Origin: the human T2T-CHM13v2.0 reference genome, Homo sapiens
NCBI RefSeq assembly: GCF_009914755.1
Contig: NC_060936.1
Direction: 5' to 3' (one strand)
DNA: 64,000 bases
Position 1 is the stretch's first letter. Each line of letters begins with the position of its first letter. Shown here piece after piece: positions 29,601 through 49,024 of this stretch. A program made the position numbers and the translations under genes. The notes under the pieces were generated by a model. That model had not been told where the DNA came from and did not search any database. It saw only the letters and a program-made list of their open reading frames with translations.

Positions 29601-30504
29601 CTTTTTTTTTTTTTTTTTAATGTGATGTTCTTTTTGACTGTAGCCCACTCACTTCTTTCTTTGTGATATATTTTACTCACGGGATAAAATACCTCCATGA
29701 GAGCAGCTTGTGTTTTCCCATATTGCTTCAGATTGGGAGCCTGTAAAACTTAAAAAAGAAAAAAAACTGATATTTGTATCTCAGCCTCAAGAACAAGAGT
29801 CATTTACTGCTAAGCGTTGTTACTCAGAAAATACAATAGTGAGAATCAAGTCCTAAACAAGTGAATGAAAACATGAAATCTGAGCTTTCTCTGGGTAAGC
29901 CATTAGTTTAAAAATTAACTCACATCCTGATACAAGGATGCTTTTCTAACTCTCTAAAATATTTCCTGTGACACTGGGAATCGATTCCACCCTGCTCCCT
30001 CCATTAAGCTCTACCTCAGTCTTAATAAGTAAACCGTGATAACAGAGATGAAATCTCAAACCAGCTTCCTGTGTGATGGGCTGGTCTCCCTACAGCCATT
30101 TCAATTATGTAAGAGGAGCACAGCTTTGAGCAGGTGCTCCCCATGATTCGACATTTATGTCTTGTCCCCCTGCTCCAGCAGATGACAGAGGAAACTTGTT
30201 CTGTAAAATACATTGCTATGAATCACAGAACACCTTCCAGACCTTTGCATCCTCCTGGCTGGCCTGTAGCCCAAGAGACCCAAAGACGTTCTGGAAAGAT
30301 CTGGTGTGTTTACTTCAGCTCTTATGGCTGCAAGAACAGAGAGTCACTTTAGCTTTCTTGAATAATGTATTGGTTTATGAATACATGCAACCAAAAGGAT
30401 AACAAAAATCTGGTAGCAACCCAGAAATCTATGTACACTTAGTCTCACAGAAGATGGAATTAGAATCATTCAGAAGTGTAGGAAACTCTAGAGACAGGTA
30501 ATCT

Positions 30505-30903
30505 TGTAGCAGGACAAGCTGCAGACAAAACCCCTCAGATACCAAATTAAAGAAGGAAGGGCTTTATTCGACCAGGAGCTTCGGCAAGACTCACGTCTCC
30601 AACAACTGAGCTCCCCGAGTGAGCAATTCCTGTTCCTTTTAAGGGCTCACAACTCTTAAGGGGGTCCGCGTGAGAGGGTCATGATCGATTGAGCAAGCAG
30701 TGGGTACGTGACTCGGGGCTGCATGCACCAGTAATTAGAACGGAACAGAACAGGTCAGGGGTTGATCTTTAACTACCAGGCCCAGGGTGTGGCGCCAGGC
30801 TGTCTGCTTGTGGATTTCATTTCTGCCTTTTAGTTTTTACTTCTTCTTTCTTTGGAGGCAGAAACTGGGCATAAGACAATTTGAGGGGTGGTCTCCTCCT
30901 TTA
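30505..30903 (-). repeat. 3' LTR (LTR2 family)
   Basis: On - it reads TAAAGGAGGAGACCACCCCTCA...CCTGCTACA; AATAAA (-) at 30563-30568; 399 bp. Confidence 0.93.
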
Positions 30904-30929
30904 TTCCCCATCTTTGAGAATCTCACTCA

Positions 30930-32999
30930 TTAGTGGGAGTTCTCACTTTCATTCTCACTACCCATGTCTTCTTCCAAGACAGATGGATAGTGATTCACAT
31001 AGTACACTTGTGCTGAATCATTTTGGCAAACTAAGGTAGCAATGAAGCTTTTTATCATTTGAAGAAGTACAGGTAGCAAACAAGGGAGCAGTAAGCAGGT
31101 TCCTATTACTATTATAACTCCTATTATAAGGGTTTTAAATCCTTCTAGCACTGGGAACCATTTTCCAAACATGGCCTCAGGATCAAATCCATGCCACACT
31201 TGCATGGGCACATACATGTGTCAGTTTTGTCATATCTCTAACTATGTCTTCAACTACTTGCCCTTGATCATCTATGTGTAGACAGCAATTATTAAGGTTA
31301 AATTTCCACAGACTCCTCCTTCAACTGCTAGCAAGTAGTCAAGAGCCAATCTACTTTGATAGACAGTATTTCTCATCTGAGTTTCTTGCTGGGCCAGAAT
31401 AGTCAAGGCTCTGCCGGTTTAATTAGTGATTATTTCTAAGACAACTTCTAACCATATTATTCGGTTGATCATGTAAATGAGGGTCCGGTATCCCCACGAA
31501 CCGTCTTGTGTCCAAGTAGCAGGCCCATAATATTGTATGATTCTCTCAGGGGGCCATTCATTATCTTTCCAATTTCCTATAGCTATGCTTCTCTTTTCGC
31601 TGGAAGCATAGACAGGGAAGCTCAGGAGTTCACCTGTCTTTATGGACAGTAGGAAGAAAGATGGTTTAATAGTGCCAATAACACAACTACCTGCCCACTG
31701 GTCGGGTAATTTGGCATAAGCTCTATGCCCACATGCCCAGTACAATCCAGTGGGGGCTGTCCCGTCCCGGTGGGACTCTGGGTGGATCCACACAGTTTTC
31801 AACTTTGGGAATTTACTAAATGGATTTCTCTCTGTGTGATTTGAACTCCACTAAGTGACTGTTTTTGTGGTACTATTATACAGTTTCTGTCCTAGACAAC
31901 TAAGTCATCCTACAGGGTGAGTGAATTCTTTTCCTTCTCTAGGTATGTAATATTGTCCAATAATTGAGGCTTTCAGGACCCAGAAATTATCAGGGTGATT
32001 CTTTTGAGCCAGGAATGCATCAGGAACTGGGTTTGTAGGTACTAACTCTCAGGCTTCCCATGGCCATTGATCTCCCGTTACAGTTCCTCCACATACATAA
32101 CATGAAGTGACATTGAGAGACTGGGCTACATGCTCGGCTAATTGCAAAAACAAATTTCTTGTTTTTCCTGGAATTTCTGGTACTGGCACATTTAGTTCAT
32201 CATAGAAAGTTTGAAACACTGGCTCAGAAGAGCGTTTGTAAACTTCTCCTCGAACTAAGATATTTACTCAAGGATCCAGTCCGGCCCCGTCGATTCCTAA
32301 GGTCACACGCTCCCCGTTTTTCCAGCGAGGATCAAGGGGATTGGTTATTACTAGCTCTAAGCGGTTACATTGTCCCTTAGTACAGGAAGGGCCATTTTTT
32401 CCTTTCTGAAGGTGGACTGGATCCTTTTCTTTTTTTATCTAAGTGGCCTAAATGACACAAGACCAGTATCCACATTCATTTCCACACAGTCCTAATTTAT
32501 GACAAATGTACTTATTTTCGGTCATATAGCCTTTATCCTAACTAAAAGAGCCACATCCCCTTCCTAACTTACTGCTATTAATGACAGCACAGACATCAAA
32601 TTTCAAGATTATGCGTTTGGGCACCCCTTTTTCTTCTGTTGTGGCTAATACTTTACTTGTATCATTTATGAGTCCCCACCAGTCTTCGGTCCTTAATCTC
32701 TCAAAAACTGTGGACACGGGAGGCCCAGAGGGGTCATAACACACATCTGGCTCATCTGGCTGGTCGTTTCCTGGGCTACATACCTTGTACTGAGTGTCAT
32801 TATATAAACATGTTCCCTATAAAGTTCCTAGGCATTCATAGTAACTATAGAACAGAAAGATTGTTTTAACTTGTTGCCCTACCTTGGTAACCTGATGTAT
32901 ACACTGAGAGCAGTCCTCCATGCGGGGAAAATCAGTGGAAGTTTTTACTACACAAGTCCAAATTATAAGGAAAATGAGTCCCACGATGATCCTTCTCAT
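30930..32999 (-). pseudogene. env: HERV-E env remnant (stops and frameshifts)
   Basis: Signal peptide MRRIIVGLIFLIIW..., CSQC motif, degenerate furin site SEKR/SIAIG, immunosuppressive domain [18 protein letters not shown] (~31305-31360), TM anchor LIIGVIIVIGTCLLLPCLL. Split over several ORFs. Confidence 0.92.
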
Positions 33000-33019
33000 G
33001 CTTTGGCCGTGCGTAGATC

Positions 33020-33530
33020 AGTCAGCTTCTGGGTGTGACTGGAGCAGGGCTTGTCGTCCTCCTCAGAGTCACTTTGCAGGGGTTGTCCGGGCTTGGTTTT
33101 GCCTCCCAGGTTTCAGCGGCTGCAGGTTTCACACAGGTGTGGTGGATCCAGGCTGGGATTCCTTCTACCTTTACAGCCTTGAGGGTGGTCAGGATGACAA
33201 TCTGAGGTCCTTTCCACCGTGGCTGCAAAGGGGCTATGTTCTAGTCCTTGATCCACATGTGATCACCTGGAGAGAAAGGGTGAACTGGGGAGAATAAGCT
33301 GATGGGACACCTCTCATTTACCCAAGTTGAGATTGTTTGTGTAATTTTTCCTAAAACCTGTAGTTGTCGCTGTAATTTAATTTCACCTAACTCTCAGGGA
33401 GTGCCTGGAAGCCCCCATAGGATGGGAGGAGGCCTATGATAACGGTATTTCATAAGGGGAGTATCCTGTTTTCTTATAAGGAGTGCATCTAATTTTAAAC
33501 AATACCATAGGAAGGGCCTCTATCCACTTT
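33020..33530 (-). pseudogene. pol: HERV-E pol, integrase C-terminal part (3' of the L1 insertion)
   Basis: QPRWKGPQIVILTT...WIHH (GPY/F-like domain); continuous with 40381 once the L1 and one TSD copy are removed (GLKWIEALPM). Confidence 0.9.
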
Positions 33531-40366
<6,836 letters not shown>

Positions 40367-40380
40367 CCTCTATCCACTTT

Positions 40381-43300
40381 AATCCTGTTTCCTAACATAC
40401 TTTCCCTAAACTGCTTTTGATAGTCTGATTCATTCACTCCACTTTTCCAGAACTCTGAGGTCAGTAGGTGGCATGTGTCTTCCAAGTGATTCCTGATGCC
40501 TTTGCTGTCTTCTGTACCAAGTCAGCCACAAACGCCGGCCCGTTATCTGAGCTGATTCATAAGGGCAGTCTGAACCTAGGAATGAGATCTCAGAGAAGCA
40601 CACAGGTTACCTCATAGGCCTTTTCAGTTCGTGTTGGATAAGCCTCCACATACCCAGAGTAAGTACACACAAGAACCAGCAAATACTTGTTATCTCCACA
40701 TTTCGGCATTTCTGTGAAATTTACCTGAAGATCCTCAAAAGGAGCCACTCCATAAGCTTGTATGCCGGGCAGAACAGTGGGGCCTTGCCTCGCATTGTGC
40801 TGTCAGCAAGTCACACACCACTATGCTACTGGTTTGGCAAGGGCTGGCAAGTGTGACATGTAGAAGTACCGGCCTAACAATTTTTCAAGTGACTCTTGAC
40901 CTAGATGAGTGGTTTCATGCATGGCCAATACGATTGTGGCTCCCAGCAACTGCGGCACAGCTACTTTCCCATCTGGCAGTCTGATCCAGCCTCCTTTTAT
41001 TACTTGTCCCCTTCTGCATGGAAGAAGTCTTTCTTCCCTAGAATAGGTAGGTACCAGTTCAGGTGTTTGAGGGAGTAAAGGGGCTGCTACTGATGCCCAG
41101 TAAGGGGTAGATGCTGCCTTTGGAGCTTCTGAATTAGCTCGAGAGTTTCCTAAGGCCACTGAGGTGGAGGCTCACTGGTGTCCCCTGCATGCATGACTGC
41201 CACCTTCTGAGGTTTCCACATTGCCTCTAGTAATTGTAGAGTTTCTTGTTGATATTTTATGTCCTTTTCCCCAGAGTTTAACAGGTCTTTTTCCTTATAT
41301 AATGCTCCACGAACTTGGAGGGTTAGAAAGGCATATTGAGAGTCAGTGTAGATGTTTACAGTCTTACCTTCACTGAGTTCTAGCACCTGAGTTAAAGCAA
41401 TGAGCTCAGCCTTCTGGGCTGAATTGCCCTGTGGCAATGGTTTGGCTTCAATGACAGCATTCAAAGTTACCACCGCATATCCTGCACATCTTTCTCCTTG
41501 TGGGTTGATGAAGCTGCTCCTGTCCACATATAAATCCTAGTCTACTGATGCCTATGACTGGTCCTGAAGGTGAGGTCTGCTAGAATAAACTGAGTCCAAC
41601 ACCTCTACACAGTTATGCTCAACCGGGCTCTCTGATATTGGAAGCAGGGTGGTGGGATTTAGGGTGTTACAGACTTCGATGGTTATGCGGGGATTTTTAC
41701 ATAGCAAGATTTGGTACTTGGTTAATCTAGCATTTGTTAGCCAATGATGTCCTTTGGTATTCACCAAAGTTACCACAGCATGGTGGGGGCCTTTATATTC
41801 AGGTTTTGCCCAAGGGTTAGTTTATCTGCTTCTTGTGCTAACAGGGCTGTTGCTGCCAGGGCCCTTAGACATGGTGGCCAGCCTTTGGAAACCCTATCTA
41901 GTTGTTTTGAGAGATAGGCCACTGGCCTTGGCCAGTACCCCACAGTCTGGGTTGAAACTCCAACTGCCATTTTTTCTCTTTCTGACACACAGAGTGTAAA
42001 GGGCTTTGTCAAATCTGGTAGTCCTAGGGCTGGGGCCGACATAAGTTTTTCCTTTAACTTACAAAAGGCTTGCTGTTGTAGAGGCCCCCATTCACAGGGC
42101 TCCCAGTCACCCCCCTTTGTAACCCCGTACAAAGGTTTGGCTAGCACTGCAAAGTTTGGAATCCATAATCTGCAAAACCTCACAGCTCCTAGGAATTCCC
42201 TTACTTGCCTTCTGGTTTTAGGTGCCGGTAGGCTGCAGATGACCTGCTTTCTTTCTGACCCCAGGCTGTGCTCCCCTTTCTGAATAGTGAATCCCAGGTA
42301 GCGTACCTGCTGTCTGCAGATCTGAGCTTTCTTCTTGTCCACCAGGTCCCGAAGCAGGGCATCCATCCCTTTTGCGCACCCGACTGCCGTGGAGTGTTCC
42401 AGCAGAAGGTCGTCCACGTACAGGAGCTAGATGCATCCTGGGTCTTTAGCATGAAACTTTTGCAGGTCTCCAGCCAGAGCCTCCCTGAAGATAGTAGGAG
42501 AGTTCTTGAACCCTTGGGGAAGTCGGGTCCAAGTGTACTGAGTAGTGATACCTGACTCCGGATCTTCCCACTGAAAGGCATACAGCTTCTGGCTCTCAGG
42601 AGCTATTCTGTTGCTAAAGAAGGCATCTTTTAAGTCCAGACAGGTAAACCAGCTGTCCTCAGCCGGCAGCAGCCCTAACAATGTGTAAGGGTTAGGAACT
42701 GTTGGGTGCCGAGTCACTGCAGCTTGGTTGACCAAGCGCAAGTCCTGTACTGGTCAGTAGTCCTTGGTCCCTGGCTTAGGGACAGGCAGGAGGGGTGTTC
42801 CATGGAGACTGGCAAGGAACTATAATTCCATAGGCTTTCAAGCACCTGAGATGAACCTGGATTCTTTCGAGAGCTTCCCTGGGAACCGGATACTGCTTTT
42901 GTCTAATTGGTTGGGCCCCAGGATTAACTTCTATGAGTATGGGGGCTTGGTTGACTGTCAGTCCCGGAGGATGCCCATACTCGAGGCCATCGCTTAGCTA
43001 GAGCTGGTTTTATCTCTTGTCCTGGCTCAGTTAGAAAAAGTCTCCATTCTTCTTCCCAGGGGACCGTAAGGGCCATGATAACTCCTGTTCCCGGTAACTT
43101 TAGCTGTAAAGAGCCCTGTTTTGTAAAGGAGATGGTGGCTCTTAGCTTGCTAAGCAAGTCTCTTCCCAGCAGGGGCAAGGGACAGTCAGGCATATACAAG
43201 AACTAGTGAACTATTTCATATCCCCCCACCGAGCAGGTCTGTGGTAGACAGAAAGCCTGCTTAGTGGAAACTCCTGTTGCTCAGATTATATCAATGGTTT

Positions 43301-43433
43301 TCTTGGATAAGGGGGTGACCTGGGGGGTCACTACTGAATGTTCAGCACCAGTATCGACCAAAAACTTAATGTCCTTGCCCCCAGTTGTAATCCTGACCGT
43401 GGGCTCCTTGGGGGTGCTTGAGACCGGTGCCTT
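40381..43433 (-). pseudogene. pol: HERV-E pro-pol remnant (protease, RT, RNase H, integrase core)
   Basis: FLVDTGAE (~43345-43362); LDLKDAFF and LPQGFKNSP; YVDD (~42409-42420); RNase H SAQKAELIAL and NIYTDSQY; integrase HETTH and SDNGPAF. Many frameshifts. Confidence 0.93.
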
Positions 43434-45040
43434 TCAGTCCAGTAGCCCTTCAGCCAGATTGAACGAAGCTCCCTCACCTTTATCTGAGGTCTTTTGTTCC
43501 AAATCAGCTTGCTTTTCCTTCAGCTGGGGACACTTATCTTTCCAATGTCCTATTTCCTTACAGTAGGTGCATTGGTTACATTGCAAGCATGGACGATTAG
43601 ACTGGGTATTCTTCCCGGAACCCCCCTTTCCCTGTCCTTTCAGGGGAATTCCCCTAATGGCCGCAGCCAGTAAGTCGGCATTTTGCCTAGCCTGGCATTG
43701 GCCTTCCTTATGGCTTTCTCTGTGGCTTGTTGCATCTCCATTCACAAACCCTTGATTGGCTATTTCCAGTAACTGTGAGGTATTCATACCTGCAAACCCA
43801 GCCTGTTTCTGCAATTTTCTCCTGATATCTTCCGTGCTTTGACTGACTAAGGCCATGTTAATCATGCGCTGATTTTCAGGGCTATCTGGATCAAAAGGAG
43901 TGTACATACGGTAAACCTCACATAGTCTTTCATAGAATTGTGCAGGACTCTTCTCTTTTCCTTGGATGACCTCAGAAACCTTATTTACATTTGTAGCCTT
44001 TTGAGCCCCTTTCTTTAGACCTTCTATTAATGCCTCACGGTGCCATCTTAGCCTCTCCATGTCTGGTCCCTCGTTCGAGTCCCATTGGGGGTCTGTTCCT
44101 GGCAGCTGAATTCATATATATTCTTGGGGGTTTTGGAAATCAGCTGGGACATGCTCCTCTAGCCACTTAGTTGCCACCCAGAGCACCCTTCGCCTTTCAT
44201 CTGTATTAAAGAGGTACATGAGCAGCTGGTGGCAATCAGCCCAAGTAGGATTATGGGTCTGTATAATAATTTGGAGCAAGTCAATTAAAGCTTGAGGCTT
44301 TTCGGTGTAAGATGGAGTATTATTTTTCCAATTGAGGAGGTCAGCAGAGGCGGAAGGTTGATACACAAAGGCACGCCTTTCCATGTGTCCTTATTCATCT
44401 ACCCCAGTACATTGCTGCTCTCTCAGGGGCACTTGTATTCCAGTCTTGGGCCATAAGCGAGCTGCCAAGGGAGGAGTTTCTCCCACGGCTTCACTTCCTC
44501 TTTTGTCTACTCTGGGTGGTCTAGGAGTGTGGCTATCTGGTGGAGGTGTAGGTGCTGTGGTCTCAGGAGTGGGGAGCCCTTCCTGTCGATAAGGGGTGGG
44601 GTACTGCTGGTACCAATTCCTGCCACGATTCTTCTGGTGTTGGGTCTGACAGGACTTTTGGTGCCGACTTCCCTTGGTGGTTGGAGAGAGAACCTTTCTT
44701 AACTAACTGTCCCTTTGCTACTAGTACTGCTGCTGCCTGTCCTCTTAACCACTGTGGGGGCAGGGGAGTGGTCCAAAACTAGCTGTAACCAAGAATCTAT
44801 ATACAGGAACTGATCTGGGTGCCCTGGCTTACAGGTTACCCTGTGCCATACCTTTGAGACAAGGGACCTGTCCAGGCTTCCTTCTGATAGCCAACCCACC
44901 TCTAATGCTGGCCAGTCTATCTCGCACAAAGTTCTAAGTTTTCCTGGTGTCATAGTAACTCCATAGTCTCCCTTAAATCCCTTTTTGAAATTTTTCAACA
45001 TAGTTCCTAGTGGGGTGGGCTTATTTTGTGCCTGACCCAT
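43434..45040 (-). pseudogene. gag: HERV-E gag remnant
   Basis: MGQAQNKPTPLGTMLKNFKKGF... matches the recalled HERV-E matrix; MHR QGKEKSPAQFYERL; intact zinc knuckle CTYCKEIGHWKDKC. Broken into three ORFs. Confidence 0.92.
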
Positions 45041-45565
45041 GTTCTCGAGACAAAACACCACGCTCACACCGCACGCACACCACAAAACAAAGAACGGGTA
45101 AAAAGGGCACACACACACTTTTTTAGTTTATACCAAACCAGAATCAGAACCAAAATCAGAGTATCAAGAAATTCAAGCCAGGTCAAAACCAAAACCAAAG
45201 TATCAAGCAATGCAAGTCAAGTCAAAAAAAAAAAAACCAAAGTGCCGGTATGGGCATGCAGTGGGTGGTCAGGCCACGCTTCCACTCAAATGGAGTAGGC
45301 AAGTTCCAAAGACTAGTCTTACCAAGTTTCAGATGTCCGGTCTCCAAGTGCCGGTTCCTTCCCAGTGTTCAGCCACTGCATTGATCCTCCACGGGGGCCT
45401 GCCATGCACTACTCCGGCAAGGCATTCCACCAGGGCAATTGCCTACCAGGGAGCGCTCTCAGGATCCGTGTCGCTCAAGCTGGCTGGAGTCCCCTGCAGG
45501 GATGCTCCACAGGGAAGGCCTAAGCCGCCTAAGGGGCTGCCTCAACCGTCCATTAATTGCTTCAC

Positions 45566-45583
45566 TTCCCAGTCAGGAAACCA
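45566..45583 (-). promoter_or_regulatory. Primer-binding site complementary to tRNA-Glu
   Basis: TGGTTTCCTGACTGGGAA on -, 16/18 to TGGTTCCCTGACCGGGAA, 5 nt inside the 5' LTR. Confidence 0.9.
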
Positions 45584-45588
45584 AGAAA

Positions 45589-46028
45589 TGTAGCAGGACA
45601 AGCCACAGACAAAACCCCTCAGACACCAAGTTAAAGAAGGAAGGTCTTTATTCAGCCGGGAGCTTCAGCAAGACTCACGTCTCCAACAACTGAGCTCCCT
45701 GAGTGAGCAATTCCTGTCCCTTTTAAGGGCTCACAACTCTAAGGGGGTCCACATGAGAGGGTCTTGATCGATTGAGCAAGCAGGAGGTATGTGACTGGGG
45801 GCTGCATGCACCGGTAATTAGAACGGAACAGAACAGGACAGGGATCTTCACAGTGCTTTTCTTATGCAAATAACTGATTAGGTCAGGGGTCGATCTTTAA
45901 CTACCAGGCCCAGGGTGTGGCACCAGGCTGTCGGCTTGTGGATTTCATTTCTGCCTTTTAGTTTTTACTTCTTTCTTTGGAGGCAGAAATTGGGCATAAG
46001 ACAATATGAGGGGTGGTCTCCTCCCTTG
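45589..46028 (-). repeat. 5' LTR (LTR2 family)
   Basis: 440 bp, homologous to 30505-30903; TATA-like CCTTAAAAG (~45720-45728) and AATAAA (45647-45652) on -. Confidence 0.93.
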
Positions 46029-47394
46029 ATCTCATCTCCCTTCGTGTAGCCTGAGTTCCCAACTCTTTGCTCTGGTGCTCTGCCATGAATAGACTCTTGC
46101 CAATGTCAAAGTTTCTGCTCTGCTTTCTGTGTTTTCTTGTATCTTCACAAAAACAAAACAAAACAAAAAAAACCCTACCAATACCATTTGCCAGTCTAAG
46201 GTCTTAAGAGAGAATCTGATTGTCTTAATCACCATTGTGTCTTTTGGGGAGAGCATTTTGCTCTAGCCACTGCCTAGGTCACCAGTCAACCAATGAACTG
46301 GCTACCTTTAGATCACAGACTTTGACCAATTAGTGTGTGAATGGGTCATATGGTCTAGCGCATGGCTACCTTAGCACGAGGGTGAGAATAGCTTGGCTTA
46401 CTTGTCTTAGCAGAAGCTGCAGCCTGGGCAGTTTTCCCTAAAAATCTGGGCATGATTGATTTGTGCAGTGCTCTTGGAAAACAAGTCTAGAATTTAGTTG
46501 AATTTTGTCTGAGCTACCTAGGGAGGTCATTTGTATTAAGGAACCATCAATTTCCAGCATTGACCTTTTAGGTCATTGAGACCACTGTGATGGAGATGTG
46601 TTCCCTGGACCCTCACAAGTTCAAACCTGTATTTTGGTGGCCAGAAATGTTTAAATATATGAATTTTTCTGAGGATGAGCATCTATAATGTCCTAATCAG
46701 CAAAATTGTGTTTTTTCCCTGGATTCTTGAGAATCACCTCCCTAAATGGACTCACAATGGGACTTTCCAAAGCCCTTTTCTGAATGAGAGATAAAATGTT
46801 CTAGAAGTTCACTTCTCAATTTCAAGAGGTGCTATCTCAACCCTTACACTACATTGTCAAAACAAGCTACAACAATGTAATCAGTTCCTTAATACTAGCA
46901 GTCAAACCAGTGCTTGGGAATCATGTAAATAAAACAATGGATTGGTTAACTTTTTCTGTTGGTGGTTTTAGTATTTTTTAGACATGGTCTGAGGTGCTCA
47001 TGGTTTATTTTATGAGACACAATTATTCCTATCCATGAAATTCTGTCTCAACATGACTTCCAATGACTCCTTGAAACGGATTTTACCTGTCTTGACTCTG
47101 TTTTTCCCTCCTAAGAAATTTCTGTTAGATGATAGGGCACAACTGTATAAGTTAAAGATGATTTTTATTTAACCCTAAAGATGATTTTTATTTAACCCCC
47201 AAGCTTTGAAGCTGGTAGAGATGTTAAATATATTCACCACTTACCATGCCCATTTGCTTCCTAGTACAGCAGGACTTTGCTTTTCCTTGCAATTCTTCCT
47301 TGTTTAAATAATTGCAAAAAGAAGCCATTCGCAGATTTTACCCCCATATTTAGAACTTCTTTCTAAACCCTGAAGGGGTTCTGAGATTGCACTT

Positions 47395-47525
47395 AATTAG
47401 AACCTACTTTGTGCCAGACACTGTGCTGAGTGCTTTGCATATAGTAACTGATTTAATTTTTACCATTCTATAAGATTCTATTGTCATAATCCCCATTTTA
47501 TGGATGAGGAAACTGAGACATTGAG
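47395..47525 (-). mobile_element. MIR fragment
   Basis: CCTACTTTGTGCCAGACACTGTGCT...CCCCATTTTATGGATGAGGAAACTGAG. Confidence 0.8.
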
Positions 47526-48655
47526 AAACTTTTTCCATTCCTCTGCTTTTTGAGGAAGGTCTGACTCTAATAAGTCATCTCAAACAAATACTTGATAATG
47601 AGCTATTTAGCTTTCTCTAGAAGTGATGCCACTGGGCAGAAAAATATGCTGGTGATGCTGGTCACAAATGACTCAGGTGTGTTGGCCATGTCCCCAGGGT
47701 GCCTGGTTTGTGGCATGCCCATGTACACAGGGATACACACAGCACTTTGCCTCTCCCAGAGCAAGACCAACCAAATATACCCTCTCTCACGTCTTCAATT
47801 TGTCTCTTTTCCCAGCTTTTCCTTAGTACTAAAAACATGCTGAAGACTTCAATTGCTTTCTTTCTTCTTTTTCTCCCTGCTCCCTCACGCCCAAGTTACT
47901 GCCATGTATTGGTCAGGCTGGACTAGGCTTTGTTGCAGAAACAATAAACCATCTTTGTGCCTTGGGCAATAAAGGTTATGTCTGGCTCATGCTAGGTGTC
48001 CATCAGGGTCACCTGGGGCTCTGCTCATCGTAGTTGCTCAGAGACCCAGGCTGATGGAATCTTTGTCCTGACAAATGCTTTGGCAATTGATTACCATGGC
48101 AGGGAGAAGGGGGAATGGGAACAGTCAACCCCTTCTCTTTGAAACTCCTTTCTTGCTCCTCCCGCCATAGTTTTTCCGATTCTTCTATGATTCTGTGATC
48201 CCTCACTCCTGTTTTCTGACTTTTCTTCCTCCTCTGCCCTTTCCATGTATCTGTTTCCTAAGAACTATCTCTTAGCCCTCTTCTCTCCTAATAGATATCC
48301 TCTCTTGGCATTTCTTCCAAACTGTGGTTTCCAGTACCATTTCTGTGTGAATAATTTCCAGATCTTTATTTTCAGCTCTATTTCCCTGAGCCCCAATTCC
48401 ATTGTCAACAGCCATCAGTCTTCAAATCTATCTAAAAAGGAATTTCCATCTCTACCAAATTTACATTTCCTCCTGGCTCTCCTATTTCTGTTAACTCCTC
48501 TCCTCTCCCAACATTGAAACTCAAACTATTTTAGAATGTGTCTCAAATCCATCCCCTTCTCTGTTACTGACCACGTTCATGGCCTCACCTCTCTCCTGGA
48601 AGACAATAGCTTCCTAATAGCCCTCTGACCACACTTTCAACTTTTCTAAATGGTT

Positions 48656-48740
48656 CAAGGCTGCACACTGTACAACTCTAGGAAGCACCATTCACAATGT
48701 ATTCTAGGGGAATGGCGCCCCCTGGAGTTGTGCAGTGGAG
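48656..48740. mobile_element. MER91-like palindromic MITE within an L2 remnant
   Basis: 28-bp inverted arms at 48666-48693 and 48710-48737, similar to the MER91-derived pre-miR-652 (recalled). Confidence 0.75.
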
Positions 48741-49024
48741 TAGCTCTGCAGACCCCACCCAACTGACCTTACATAGCTCAAGTTGAATCCTGACACTCCA
48801 CTGCTCAAAAACTTCCTTGGTTCCCCATTCCAACCTGAATGAAGGCCACATGCCTTGGCTCTGTCCCCTACAGGTTACGATGGAAGTCACCCTCCCTCTT
48901 CTGAAATTCCACATCTCTCCTATACCAAGTAGCACTTTCTATCCTGCATTTTACTGATTTAAGAATACTCTTACCTCCTCGATGTGTGAAAATTTACTTA
49001 CTTGAGGTGTTAAATTAATAAAGA

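Noticed and set aside
30930-32999. Domesticated syncytin-like env gene
   Set aside because: Multiple stops and frameshifts and a lost furin consensus; no continuous ORF.
43434-44060. 208-aa capsid/nucleocapsid ORF as an exapted gag gene
   Set aside because: The upstream gag is frameshifted, and an open stretch of this length is expected in a provirus this well preserved; no evidence of selection is visible.
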